In this document: positions 16,239 to 26,046 of the stretch, in pieces
How positions within the stretch are numbered: the first letter of the stretch is position 1
How the letters are laid out: every line of letters starts with the position of its first letter
Virus record (IMG/VR): IMGVR_UViG_3300020050_009209
Source: a virus
Taxonomy: Duplodnaviria; Caudoviricetes
DNA length: 64,000 nucleotides
Strand: one strand, 5' to 3'
The notes under the pieces: generated by a model
The model's input: only the letters and a program-made list of their open reading frames with translations
Told to the model about the DNA's origin: nothing
Databases searched by the model: none
Position numbers and translations under genes: made by a program

Positions 16239-17567
16239 ATGGATGTCCGCAAGAAAGTTCGAGTAATCCTAGCACGAGAGGAAGCTGAAAACCCGCTTCC
16301 TCCAGAGGAGACGTCGTTTGTGGGTGGTGGGAAAAGAGATATTCCCCCTAAGCACAAGTTCGACCCCAAGGCTCTTAAGCCCCTCTCTAGGACTCTACTT
16401 TCTGCGAGCGTTGCGCTTGGGCACTCTGTTACAGCCTTCAAAGAGTTTACTCGAATCAAGTCCTCTAGTATCTCCCCAGATGGTAAGCTTGGGGGTCGGG
16501 GTTACGTACTAGAAGTGAAGGAGGTACGGGCGAAGTTGCAACAAGCTTGCGAGCTACTTTCTTCCGTGACAGACACGATGTTCGATGAGATCAACGCCCC
16601 ACATTGGACTCCGAGCCTTGGGGAGTTGGATGTGAACGAGGCTGAGGATATCACGGAGCTAGTGGAAGAGGCTGGTGATGTTCTGGAGAACCCTGAGAAA
16701 GCTGGGGAGAAGGACATAGACGCCATAGAGAGTAAGAATGATGGTCCTGGAGGGTCCTCCAACAGCACCCTGTGGAAAGACACGGAGAAGGGTAAAGCCT
16801 CAGAGGTCCCCAATGGGGGAGCCAAAGAGCAGGGGACTCAAGCAAGGCCGTTCGGTCAAGTAAAGCAAGCCAATAGCTCTCTTCCCGTAGACACTCTTCC
16901 TGGCCCTAGGGTGAACCACTTGGACCGTGGAGACCAGTTGGGGCCAGAGGGGTCCTACAATCTAGATGAACCCCTCGTTGAGGATGCTTGGGGGATGTCT
17001 AGCACCCTAGAGCCGATCTACGGGGAGAAGTGGGCTACCGGGGATGCCTGGGGAGAGGCTGCCATCCCTGACGGTAACGACGGCGTAGCTACAGACGCAA
17101 ATGATTTTGGGCTGGGATTTGGAGCCAAAGGTCAAGGTTCTGGGGGTTACGGAGTTACAGCCCCAGACGGGCGAGGAGTTTGGGGACCTGCTAGCGACCT
17201 TCCACACGACCCAGCAGGACCTACAACGGCCCCTCAAGAGGACCCTTTTGTGAATGGAGTTGGGCGAAACGTTTGGGCATCGAGTGACTCTTGGGGTGTT
17301 GCGAAGCTACCCACGGACAGTCCCGTTGCACGGTCTGATTACTACGATGGGGACAAAGGTGGTAATCAGTTCAACGTTCTAACGGGGGACTCTCAACTAC
17401 CTGGACAGGATGTCTCGTTCAAAGTAGATATCAATCTACCTAACGTAGGGTACTCATACGAGCGACAAGACGTCCCATACGCTAAGTACGACTCTAGTAC
17501 GCACTCTCATCGCCACGATCAACAAGACTTGTGGAATGACGAAAACTTTGATAGGGTAGGTAAGTAA
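16239..17567 (+). CDS. acidic Gly/Pro-rich putative head protein
   Basis: 442-aa ORF, low-complexity C-terminal half, KQA motif. Confidence 0.65.
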   Translation: MDVRKKVRVILAREEAENPLPPEETSFVGGGKRDIPPKHKFDPKALKPLSRTLLSASVALGHSVTAFKEFTRIKSSSISPDGKLGGRGYVLEVKEVRAKLQQACELLSSVTDTMFDEINAPHWTPSLGELDVNEAEDITELVEEAGDVLENPEKAGEKDIDAIESKNDGPGGSSNSTLWKDTEKGKASEVPNGGAKEQGTQARPFGQVKQANSSLPVDTLPGPRVNHLDRGDQLGPEGSYNLDEPLVEDAWGMSSTLEPIYGEKWATGDAWGEAAIPDGNDGVATDANDFGLGFGAKGQGSGGYGVTAPDGRGVWGPASDLPHDPAGPTTAPQEDPFVNGVGRNVWASSDSWGVAKLPTDSPVARSDYYDGDKGGNQFNVLTGDSQLPGQDVSFKVDINLPNVGYSYERQDVPYAKYDSSTHSHRHDQQDLWNDENFDRVGK

Positions 17568-17568
17568 C

Positions 17569-19578
17569 ATGTCTGATCTAGGTAACATTTCTGACCTCCT
17601 TAAGGAGGGTTCGGTAGCGGACCTTGATTGGCTCGACGTTAACGAAAAAGACTACCGAGCTTTGGACACCCTACCTACGCAGAATCTCGATATAGCTCCT
17701 GACTTAGAGGCTATGTGGGCACATGAGGATAAGTCCGCAACAAACTACCTCGTCCCAAATACTGGAGCACCTCGAACCCTAAGTGACTTGAGCGAAGCTC
17801 ATACCAAGAGTGCGTCGGTACCTCAAGTTGCCAAGGTGGCTCGATTTGCAATCATGCAGTCGACAAACTCCAATAAGATTGCACATGCCATCACCTCCAG
17901 GTTCGATGCAGGTACAATTCGATCAGCCAAAAGCGCCTTAGGTCAAGTCCTACAGGAAAAAGGCTTGCTGGGTGGGTACTACATTGCGGCATCTGACTTT
18001 GATGGGTGTAACCAAGCCGCTCAGAAGGTAGTCGCCTTTACTCGTAAGTTTGCAGGTGGGGCTAGATTCGTACTAGCCAAGGACAAGTGCCAAGGCTGCG
18101 TACACAATGCTGGCGGGGCTTGCGGTGTTTTCCAGAAGCAGTTGGTCACTGAGGTTCCCTACACGGAAGAGCTTGCAGTTGCCGTCGAGAACTCTCAGGC
18201 GTCTCAAGGGAAGCAGGCCTCTCAAGGTGTCGGATCACCTAAGGCTCGTATTCAACGCGCCCTATTGGCGAAGGATGTAAGGGTTGTAGCTGTTGAGACC
18301 CCTAAGCCAATCCTAAATCCAGCTCAGCAACTCAGGCCAGTGAAAGCTACAGGTAGGGTTCACCTACCTGTAGTTGAGAGTCAGAGAGCTAGTCTTGCTG
18401 TGGCAGACCAAGTTTGGGTCCCACCTCAACCAAGTGGTAAAGTGGCAGCTACTTCGGCTCCATCTCACCACCTAAGCAAAACAGCTTTCGAGGTAAAAGC
18501 CCTTCTGCAACGAGAGATGCTTAGGGGTCGAGGAGAGCAGGATTTGCTATCTGCGTTGAAGCTGTCTTTCAGTGTGGCAGACCTCAAGGCAACGAGATCG
18601 GACTGGGAGCCCCTCTTCAAAGAAGCTGGCTTCTTTGGTACTGTGTACTCGACTCAAACTGCCTTTGATGATTGCCACCAGGGGGCAGACTTCCTTGCGA
18701 AGCACAATGCTTCTGTCAAGTCGATCGTAGCTGGAGGTAAGTGCCAAGGGTGCATCTACAACAAGCTAGCTCGTTGTATGCTCTACGGCCGCCCACTCGT
18801 AGCTAAGGCAGAGGACGCCCTGACTTCTGAGGTGGTTCAGAATGTCATTTGGGAGCATAGACTCGCGGGTCGATTGGAGACTGGGGCGGACAAGGTTGTA
18901 TGGGGAGACACCCCTAAGCAGGCACTGAAGGAGATATACCGTCAGGCCTCAACCAAGCCAACGGTTGACACTACAAGGTATGTAGAGCAAGCGTTTAGAG
19001 GTAAGGATCACGGTCACGTAACTGCTGGTCTAACCAAGCGGGAGATCGTTAAGACAGCATCCAAGTACCTAAACGAGGGTTTGTACGGGACCCAGCTAAG
19101 AGAGGCCCTTAAGCGTCAATTTGACCCTAGGGATATCGTAGCTGCAAAGCAGGAACTGAAATCCGTCCTAGCTGAGCAGGGACTACAGGGCATATTCTAC
19201 GTAGACCCCATGGTCTATGGGGACTATGCCAAAGGGTGTGATGAGGGTGCTAGGTATCATCGAGCGCGACTTGTCCCCTACGTCAAGTTGGGGTCTGGTT
19301 GCGAGAGCTGTGTACTTCAGACTCGTGTAGGCCATTGCTCGAAGTACAACAAGCCTCTTGTTGTGGAGCCTCCATACACCGATAAGCAGGCCCAGCAGAG
19401 AGAGATCCTGGCAACCGGGGAGTCTACAAAGGCAGACCTTGGTAGCCTCATGCACAATAGCCCGTCTATCTTGGCTCAGTTTGAGATGCAGGCAGGAGTA
19501 AATGAGCTGACTCTGAACCCAACTACAAGCAAGTCCACTGTAACCGTGGAGCTTGGTGGGATAGAGTTTGACCTATGA
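17569..19578 (+). CDS. putative head protein with three Cys-rich repeats
   Basis: Three copies of G..Y...C...V...CxxC.....C..Y/F.K/R.LV; many KxA motifs. Confidence 0.7.
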   Translation: MSDLGNISDLLKEGSVADLDWLDVNEKDYRALDTLPTQNLDIAPDLEAMWAHEDKSATNYLVPNTGAPRTLSDLSEAHTKSASVPQVAKVARFAIMQSTNSNKIAHAITSRFDAGTIRSAKSALGQVLQEKGLLGGYYIAASDFDGCNQAAQKVVAFTRKFAGGARFVLAKDKCQGCVHNAGGACGVFQKQLVTEVPYTEELAVAVENSQASQGKQASQGVGSPKARIQRALLAKDVRVVAVETPKPILNPAQQLRPVKATGRVHLPVVESQRASLAVADQVWVPPQPSGKVAATSAPSHHLSKTAFEVKALLQREMLRGRGEQDLLSALKLSFSVADLKATRSDWEPLFKEAGFFGTVYSTQTAFDDCHQGADFLAKHNASVKSIVAGGKCQGCIYNKLARCMLYGRPLVAKAEDALTSEVVQNVIWEHRLAGRLETGADKVVWGDTPKQALKEIYRQASTKPTVDTTRYVEQAFRGKDHGHVTAGLTKREIVKTASKYLNEGLYGTQLREALKRQFDPRDIVAAKQELKSVLAEQGLQGIFYVDPMVYGDYAKGCDEGARYHRARLVPYVKLGSGCESCVLQTRVGHCSKYNKPLVVEPPYTDKQAQQREILATGESTKADLGSLMHNSPSILAQFEMQAGVNELTLNPTTSKSTVTVELGGIEFDL

Positions 19579-19973
19579 GCGATGACACGCTCCTTCTCAG
19601 GGTAGCTGCTAGGTTTCTTCGTGCGGATCAGCCCTCAGGGCAACGCAAGAAGGACAAGGCCTTAGTAAAGCCCGTGAACAAGCTAAAGGGTATTGGTAAG
19701 TCTACCACGAAAGATCATGGTAAGGCTATGTCCGATGGGCATGACGATACCGTATCGCCAAATCGCAAGGACTTGAGACCCGAAGATCTGTTTATCCCAA
19801 AGCCTGATCAGGTCGGAGTGCGAAACTTAGCTGAAACTGGTAAGGACCTCTCGAAGGCTATCAAAAACCAGATACCTAAGGATAGAGGGTACGCTACGGT
19901 GCGAAATCTATCCCAGTACTTGATCGAAACAGCAGGTGGGGGAGGTACTCCCCCCGTGAACGTAAAGAAGTAG
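19575..19973 (+). CDS. basic head-module protein
   Basis: ATGA overlap with upstream gene; LLRVAARF N-terminus. Confidence 0.65.
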   Translation: MSDDTLLLRVAARFLRADQPSGQRKKDKALVKPVNKLKGIGKSTTKDHGKAMSDGHDDTVSPNRKDLRPEDLFIPKPDQVGVRNLAETGKDLSKAIKNQIPKDRGYATVRNLSQYLIETAGGGGTPPVNVKK

Positions 19974-19981
19974 GAGTTCAA

Positions 19982-20563
19982 ATGAGTAACTCAGGCGATA
20001 GGGTAGCTTCGGTATTGTCGATCGTACCTGTACATGGGGCTCCAAGGACAGATAAGAACGACTTGAAGGTCAAGCGAAAGCCTGGACGACCTCGTAAGGT
20101 TGAGCGAGCAGCTACGACAAGTGACCTAGAGTATCACGCTGAATTGGTCACAAAGCGTCAAGAGTTTATCGGTACTGACGAACTCGTCAAAGCCGTTGAG
20201 GCAAAAGACGGCCCACTCAACATCCTCTACCTCATCAAGAAGGAAGTCGCGAAGGAGGCAGCTAGCCTCCACTTCGAGCGAATTGAGACCGAGAAGCACG
20301 GTAGGGATACTGGCCAAGTTTCGACACGTCGAATTGAAGCCCTGAAGAAGATCGCAGACATTGAGCTTAAGATCAAGGAGCTAGACAACGAGTCTATCAA
20401 CCTATCTAGCGAACGTATGCAGAAGGTCTTCCAGCAATGGGTTGAGGCCCTCAGGGAGATTGCTCAAGAGACTATGCCTCCTGAGATGTTGGACTTGTTC
20501 TTCAATCGATTCTCCACGGCAATGGAAGGTTGGGAAGAGCGGGCAACGGGCGCACTCAAGTGA
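19982..20563 (+). CDS. probable terminase small subunit
   Basis: Directly upstream of TerL, helical, RKPGRPRK AT-hook-like motif, AGGAG RBS. Confidence 0.55.
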   Translation: MSNSGDRVASVLSIVPVHGAPRTDKNDLKVKRKPGRPRKVERAATTSDLEYHAELVTKRQEFIGTDELVKAVEAKDGPLNILYLIKKEVAKEAASLHFERIETEKHGRDTGQVSTRRIEALKKIADIELKIKELDNESINLSSERMQKVFQQWVEALREIAQETMPPEMLDLFFNRFSTAMEGWEERATGALK

Positions 20564-20566
20564 TCT

Positions 20567-23500
20567 ATGGCTCAAGATAAGAAACAGGTTGGGATTGCCA
20601 ACCTCATCCGTAGTGCTGGGCACAGATCAAAGTCAACAGATAAGAACAGCAAAGCGGGGCTTCTCACGACCACCAAAAGTGGTCGTGAGATTCGTATTTT
20701 CGACATTCTGACCTACATTGAAGCCCCTTGGGGGCTCAATATGACGTTGTACCCAGTACAACGGTTCATCGTCAAGCTCTACTACAACCTACCCCTAGAT
20801 GAGGTCTTACCTGAGAACGTGAATCGTCAGATTCGGGTCTCAGACATGTTCAACAGCAAGATACTCTACACCTTCACGGAGAAGGAGTACCTCCACTACC
20901 TATTCAACGAGGGTCGCTGCAACATCAAAGAGCAGGACCACATGCGGAGGCAACTTACACTTCCGATAGGTAGAAGAGCCGGGAAATGCAAGTCCCCTAA
21001 ATCGTTAGTGATTACGTCAAATGGTCTCCTAGAGCTTTCAGAGTTAGGGGATGTTAATGGGCCTGAGTGGCAACCTCTTGCTATCACGGTCGCACAAGCT
21101 GGTGGACGTCAAGCGCAATCCTCGCACTTCTACAATAACGGAGTAAGTCAAACCCGTAAGATTAAGCTACGCTGTGGTATTGAGGACGAAAGCACCCCCA
21201 ACCATAGAGTAATGGTGCTGAGTAAAGATGGAGTTGTTGATTGGAAGTGCATGGGAGATGTCCAAGTAGGGGACTATGTAGCGGTCAATAGACAAACGGA
21301 TCTTTGGCCGACTGCTATGTTTCCGGTACCTAAGGCTAAGTCGTGGACTCTCCCAGACGTAGTTGACGAGGACTTTGGATTATTTCTAGGGTACTTGGTA
21401 GGAGATGGTACTTGGGGGCAGGCTTCGTACTTAGAGCTTACCGGTTTGGAAGCTCAGGTTCGTAGATTTGCTCAAATCGCATCAAAAGTTTTAGGGCACC
21501 CTGGACGTTGCTACCCAGCAATAGGATCTGAAAATGGCTGGCGTTGGAGGTTTGATGGTGTGGGCGTAGGGGTTAACGGACCAGCTAGAGAAGTTAGAGG
21601 TGTCTTGCATGACCTTGGATTTAACCTCGACGTAGAACGAGACAAGAAACGAGTCCCATTCTCTATTCGAAGATCCCCTAAGTCCGTTGTTTGTGCTTTC
21701 CTTCGTGGGCTATTTGAGACGGATGGATGTTCGGAAGACTCTGGTCGGATTATTACTCTTTCTTCGTCTAGCTTTGAACTCGCCCGTGAAGTCCAACTGT
21801 TGTTGTTGAATTTAGGGGTGGTTACGCATATTGGATCGAAGTGGAACGCTAAGTACAAAAAGCACTACGCCATCCTTTCAATAAGGGGGGCGGAGTCTCG
21901 GGCAATTTTCTGCGAGCAGATCGGGTTTGACTCTGACAGAAAACAAGGACCCCTACTAGAGAAGGTAGCTCAGCAAAAGGTAAGGGCTGACAACAAGTCA
22001 GACACCGAAGCTATACCCAACCAATTTGATTGGTTACAGTCACTACTAGGCCTTATCCCTAAGCGGAATGCTTCTGCTGGCAAACCTGGGTGGGGGCGAA
22101 GCCTTCTACGTCAAGAGTTAGGTAATGCCATCAAACCAGGGTCCTCTGAGGACCTTAGTTACCCCAGATTACGTAAGGCTCTTGTTGTAGCGAGGAACTT
22201 AGGCGCTGAGGGTCCAGTTGTAGACCACTTCGAAGAGTTGCTGCGGCTCAATTACTTTTACGACCCAATTGTCTCGATAGAGGAGGGGGAAGCTCAGGTT
22301 TACGACTTGACCGTGCCAGACGGGGAGGCGTTTGTCGCCAATGGGATGGTCAACCACAATACGACTCTCTCAGCAATTTTCGCTAGTTACGAGCTGTACC
22401 GTCTCCTTTCTCTACATGATCCGCAGGAGTACTACGGACTCCCGAACGGAAACCGCATACAAATCATTAGCGTTGCTACCGACAAGGACCAAGCAGGGCT
22501 GTTGTTCAATGACGTGACCGCGCACATGGCTAAGTGCGAGTTCTTCAAGCCGTACATTGCCAACAACACGCTATCCTACGTTCAGTTGAGAACCCCTAGT
22601 GACATAGAAAAGTACGGACCAACCAACAGGACGACAGACGGCAAGTTTACGTCCTTCAACGGCAAGGCTTCAATCCGCGTAACCTTCAAAGCTAGTATCT
22701 CAAAGGGCCTTCGTGGAGCTGGTAACGTAGTCATCATCCTAGACGAGATGGCTCACTTCCAGGCTAATGGGTCTAGCTCTGCGAAGGACATCTACGACGC
22801 AATCACTCCCTCCGCAGCTGCCTTCTCTCAGAAGGACTTGAACACTGGGTTGCCGATCAATGGTTCAGAGACCGAATCTGAGGCTAGGATCATCGGTATC
22901 TCCTCCCCCTTGAATAAGGCAGGTAAGTTCTACGAGCTGTTTCACCTTGGCATGAGTCGAGGGGAAGGTTCGGAGAACATGCTTGTCATTCAAGCTCCGA
23001 CTTGGGAGGTGAACCCTACCGTACCTACGAGCTACTATAGGGCAAAGTACCATGAGGACCCTACGGTTTTCATGACAGAGCATGGGGCTCTATTCTCTGA
23101 CCGTGTACGAGGTTGGATCGAGCGTGAGCAGGATCTTACGTCCTGTATACGCTCAGACCTACGCCCAAGGTCTTACGGGCCGGTCCGCTACCCGCATCAG
23201 ATGGGTCTTGACGTGGGTATGGTAGGGGACGGGACGACTGTAGCCATTACTCACTGCGAGGGTCAAAACGTCATTCTAGACTACCACGAGGCGTGGTACG
23301 CAGGAGTGTCGTGGAAGGAATCGAACCCTCACCTCACTGCCCCTCTAGTAGACTACGCCAAGATGCTAGAGACGGTAGAGCGGTTGGACTTTGATGAGAT
23401 TGCTAATTGGATCGTCACGTTATCCAAGAAATTCTACCTGACGTCTGGGATCTTCGATAGGTGGAACGGGCTACCCTTAGAGCAAGCGCTGCACAAAAAG

Positions 23501-23926
23501 GGGCTCAAGCAATTCAAGAGTGAGTTCTTCACCCGAGACGACCGAAGTCGAATGTTTCAGGCCATGAAGCTCATGTTGTTCGATCATCGTATTGTCCTGT
23601 ACGATTGGCCGATAACAGCGGATGGGAAGGCTAAGCACAGCCCCCTGATTGAAGAGCTGTTGAGTCTGCAAGCCACTCAGATGGCTAAGAACCAGATCCT
23701 AGTGGAGGCCCCCAAGATCCTTGGGGCGCACGATGACGTTTCAGATGCGTTGGTACGTGCCGTGTGGCTCTCGTTAGAGCAAGTCTCCAACCAAAAGTCT
23801 ACGGCTCGACCTGAGGGAAGTAGTAGCCTCGCTCGTGGGTCGTCATTACAAGGGTACCAAGTACGCAGGGCCCGTAACCATGGGGTGTTGCTAGATCGTA
23901 ACGTGCGAGGGTTACGTCGGCGATAA
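20567..23926 (+). CDS. terminase large subunit containing an intein
   Basis: LYPVQ, GRRAGK|T Walker A split by the intein, IILDEMAH Walker B, ISSP, nuclease motifs GLDVG and HDDVSDA. Confidence 0.93.
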   Translation: MAQDKKQVGIANLIRSAGHRSKSTDKNSKAGLLTTTKSGREIRIFDILTYIEAPWGLNMTLYPVQRFIVKLYYNLPLDEVLPENVNRQIRVSDMFNSKILYTFTEKEYLHYLFNEGRCNIKEQDHMRRQLTLPIGRRAGKCKSPKSLVITSNGLLELSELGDVNGPEWQPLAITVAQAGGRQAQSSHFYNNGVSQTRKIKLRCGIEDESTPNHRVMVLSKDGVVDWKCMGDVQVGDYVAVNRQTDLWPTAMFPVPKAKSWTLPDVVDEDFGLFLGYLVGDGTWGQASYLELTGLEAQVRRFAQIASKVLGHPGRCYPAIGSENGWRWRFDGVGVGVNGPAREVRGVLHDLGFNLDVERDKKRVPFSIRRSPKSVVCAFLRGLFETDGCSEDSGRIITLSSSSFELAREVQLLLLNLGVVTHIGSKWNAKYKKHYAILSIRGAESRAIFCEQIGFDSDRKQGPLLEKVAQQKVRADNKSDTEAIPNQFDWLQSLLGLIPKRNASAGKPGWGRSLLRQELGNAIKPGSSEDLSYPRLRKALVVARNLGAEGPVVDHFEELLRLNYFYDPIVSIEEGEAQVYDLTVPDGEAFVANGMVNHNTTLSAIFASYELYRLLSLHDPQEYYGLPNGNRIQIISVATDKDQAGLLFNDVTAHMAKCEFFKPYIANNTLSYVQLRTPSDIEKYGPTNRTTDGKFTSFNGKASIRVTFKASISKGLRGAGNVVIILDEMAHFQANGSSSAKDIYDAITPSAAAFSQKDLNTGLPINGSETESEARIIGISSPLNKAGKFYELFHLGMSRGEGSENMLVIQAPTWEVNPTVPTSYYRAKYHEDPTVFMTEHGALFSDRVRGWIEREQDLTSCIRSDLRPRSYGPVRYPHQMGLDVGMVGDGTTVAITHCEGQNVILDYHEAWYAGVSWKESNPHLTAPLVDYAKMLETVERLDFDEIANWIVTLSKKFYLTSGIFDRWNGLPLEQALHKKGLKQFKSEFFTRDDRSRMFQAMKLMLFDHRIVLYDWPITADGKAKHSPLIEELLSLQATQMAKNQILVEAPKILGAHDDVSDALVRAVWLSLEQVSNQKSTARPEGSSSLARGSSLQGYQVRRARNHGVLLDRNVRGLRRR
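20987..22360 (+). mobile_element. intein (458 aa) with LAGLIDADG endonuclease, in the TerL Walker A
   Basis: Begins at C after GRRAGK; TPNH block B; LGYLVGDG and FLRGLFETDG; VYDLTV..FVANGMVNHN|T. Confidence 0.95.
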
Positions 23927-23950
23927 TGTCCCTGTACGGAAAGCTATACA

Positions 23951-24988
23951 ATGGATCCAGTAGTTCGGGCAGTTGTAGCCAAGTACAAAGAGAAGCTAAT
24001 CTCTGAGAAGGGGAATACCGTCTACTTGTACAGTGAGCGTCAAGTCGCTTCTCGCAATCGCCAGAAGGCTGAGCGGGTTGAAAAGCTACGCAACCATATC
24101 AGTAAGTTGCGAACGCAGGTCAAGGAGGACCTCAAGAGTGAGGACCCTAAGAAGAAGCTTACCGCTCTCGCAGTTGCCCTAATCGACCACACCTACGAGC
24201 GAGTAGGAAATGACGGGTCTGCGGAAAATGGGCACTATGGGGTAACAGGTTGGCAAAAGCAGCATGTTACGTTTGGTAAAGGCTCCGCTACAATCAAGTA
24301 TGTAGGGAAGTCTGGAGTGAAGCACGAGAAGAAGGTCACGGATGCTTCCATTCTCAAAGCATTGAAGGCTGCGTGGGAGTCAGTAGAGTCTGCAAAGTTG
24401 GGTATCTTTGATGCAGATGGAGCTAAGGTATCATCTAGAGACGTGAACTCCTACCTTGAGGCATTTAAGATCACTGCGAAGGATTTACGTGGATTTCACG
24501 CGAATCGTGAGATGCAAGAACGACTTAAGGTCTTGCGAGGTAAGGGCGGCAAGCTACCTGAGGACAAGAAGGCTCGGGAGAAGAAACTCAAAGACGAGTT
24601 TCAGGAGGCCTTGGAGGGTACAGCCGAGATTGTAGGGCATGAGTCGGCTACTCTACGAAAACAGTATCTAGTCTCCTCTATCGAAGAGGCCTACCTAAAG
24701 GACGGTACTGTCGTGGAAAAGCTAACGAAGTCTGCTATGGATTGCCAGCCTGACCCGCCTTTGCTTTTCGCGAATAGGATCATACGGCAGCTTGTCGACC
24801 ACATGGCATCCTCAGACTTGGTCATTGACGAGGCTGACTTCAACAACCTGCGTTCTGTCTTTCGTAGGTGCCAGGGCAGTTGGGAGAAGGTGTTGAGTGG
24901 GGACCCTGTTCACACTGAACTATTGAAGACCATCGTAAGTACCTGGACGCAACTACCTGAGCGTAAGCAGGACATGGAGCGTACCTGA
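23951..24988 (+). CDS. type IB DNA topoisomerase catalytic-core protein
   Basis: YERVGN..YGVTG, YVGKSG, DVNSYL, TAKDLR, VGHESATLRKQY give the R-K-R-H-Y catalytic set. Confidence 0.88.
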   Translation: MDPVVRAVVAKYKEKLISEKGNTVYLYSERQVASRNRQKAERVEKLRNHISKLRTQVKEDLKSEDPKKKLTALAVALIDHTYERVGNDGSAENGHYGVTGWQKQHVTFGKGSATIKYVGKSGVKHEKKVTDASILKALKAAWESVESAKLGIFDADGAKVSSRDVNSYLEAFKITAKDLRGFHANREMQERLKVLRGKGGKLPEDKKAREKKLKDEFQEALEGTAEIVGHESATLRKQYLVSSIEEAYLKDGTVVEKLTKSAMDCQPDPPLLFANRIIRQLVDHMASSDLVIDEADFNNLRSVFRRCQGSWEKVLSGDPVHTELLKTIVSTWTQLPERKQDMERT

Positions 24989-24989
24989 G

Positions 24990-25508
24990 ATGGATTTGCC
25001 TCGCACACGAGACTGCATTGTTTTGGTTAAGGGGGATAGTTACCCGGTAGCCATTTCAGCTGCATTAGCCACTGGAGGGTGGCAGGGAGGCCAGGGAGTT
25101 CAGTGGTCAACTCCTACCCGAGACAACTTCGTGGTAACCTACTCGGATGGTCTCTACGCAGGGTTCCTTCTTTGGGGTAGTGATGAGCTAGGGGACAAAC
25201 ACACGGGTATGTCTGGCAACCAGCCCCACTACAGATTTGCAACCTGTGGTGCTGGGGGGTGGTTGATTACGACTCGTACCTACGAGAAGTACACTTACGC
25301 TTCTCGTATTGGAGGTGGTCCGCTTGTTCCAATTGTGTATTCCGCAAGTGATCGACTAGTCTTCAGTCTGCGAGGATGGCTGACGAAGGAAGACGAGTGG
25401 GCCCTTTCAGGTGACCCTCGTGCCCCAAACACGTACTACATAGCTTTCGTATCTCAACCCCCTACGGCAGCGACTGAGTATTACTTAGGGGTTCAGGTGA
25501 GCATATGA
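24990..25508 (+). CDS. capsid decoration-like protein, paralog 1 of 3
   Basis: Aligns end to end with the next two ORFs; Y...D.L..S..G.LTK motif shared with 37708-38355. Confidence 0.65.
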   Translation: MDLPRTRDCIVLVKGDSYPVAISAALATGGWQGGQGVQWSTPTRDNFVVTYSDGLYAGFLLWGSDELGDKHTGMSGNQPHYRFATCGAGGWLITTRTYEKYTYASRIGGGPLVPIVYSASDRLVFSLRGWLTKEDEWALSGDPRAPNTYYIAFVSQPPTAATEYYLGVQVSI

Positions 25509-26035
25509 TTGGCCCACTGTCCTTTCCACGAGAGCGTGACTGCTACACCATCTTCAAAGGGGATGCCTACCCAGTAGCCATCTCTCCTGCGATGCGGGCT
25601 GGAGGGTGGCAGGGAGGTCAAGGTGTTAAGTGGGTGGACTCTCCTAGGGATGAGTTCATGGTGACCTACTCAGATGGCCTATACGGAGGAATTCTTCTCT
25701 GGGGGTCAGACGAGAGTTCCGACCGGTTTGCCTCTCTCACTGGAACTCAGCCTCAATACGGATTTGGTACCTTTTGTGCGGGTGGTTGGCTCCTTGCCAC
25801 GAGAACCTTCGAACGATACACCTATGCGTCTCGCATAGGTGGGGGCCCTCTAGTTCCTCTGACCTACGTAGTCGGTGAACGTCTTGTACTTTCTCTACGG
25901 GGCTGGTTGACCAAACAGGACGAGTGGACTCTCACTGCGGACCCTAGAGGAGCAAACGGCTACTATCTAGCTTCAGTTGTCCAAGCACCGTCTGCGGATA
26001 ACAACTACTACATTACGGTTCAGACCAGCATCTAA
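25505..26035 (+). CDS. capsid decoration-like protein, paralog 2 of 3
   Basis: KGD.YPVAIS..GGWQGGQGV.W and YTYASRIGGGPLVPL shared with neighbours. Confidence 0.65.
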   Translation: MIGPLSFPRERDCYTIFKGDAYPVAISPAMRAGGWQGGQGVKWVDSPRDEFMVTYSDGLYGGILLWGSDESSDRFASLTGTQPQYGFGTFCAGGWLLATRTFERYTYASRIGGGPLVPLTYVVGERLVLSLRGWLTKQDEWTLTADPRGANGYYLASVVQAPSADNNYYITVQTSI

Positions 26036-26046
26036 CTGTTAAGCCA

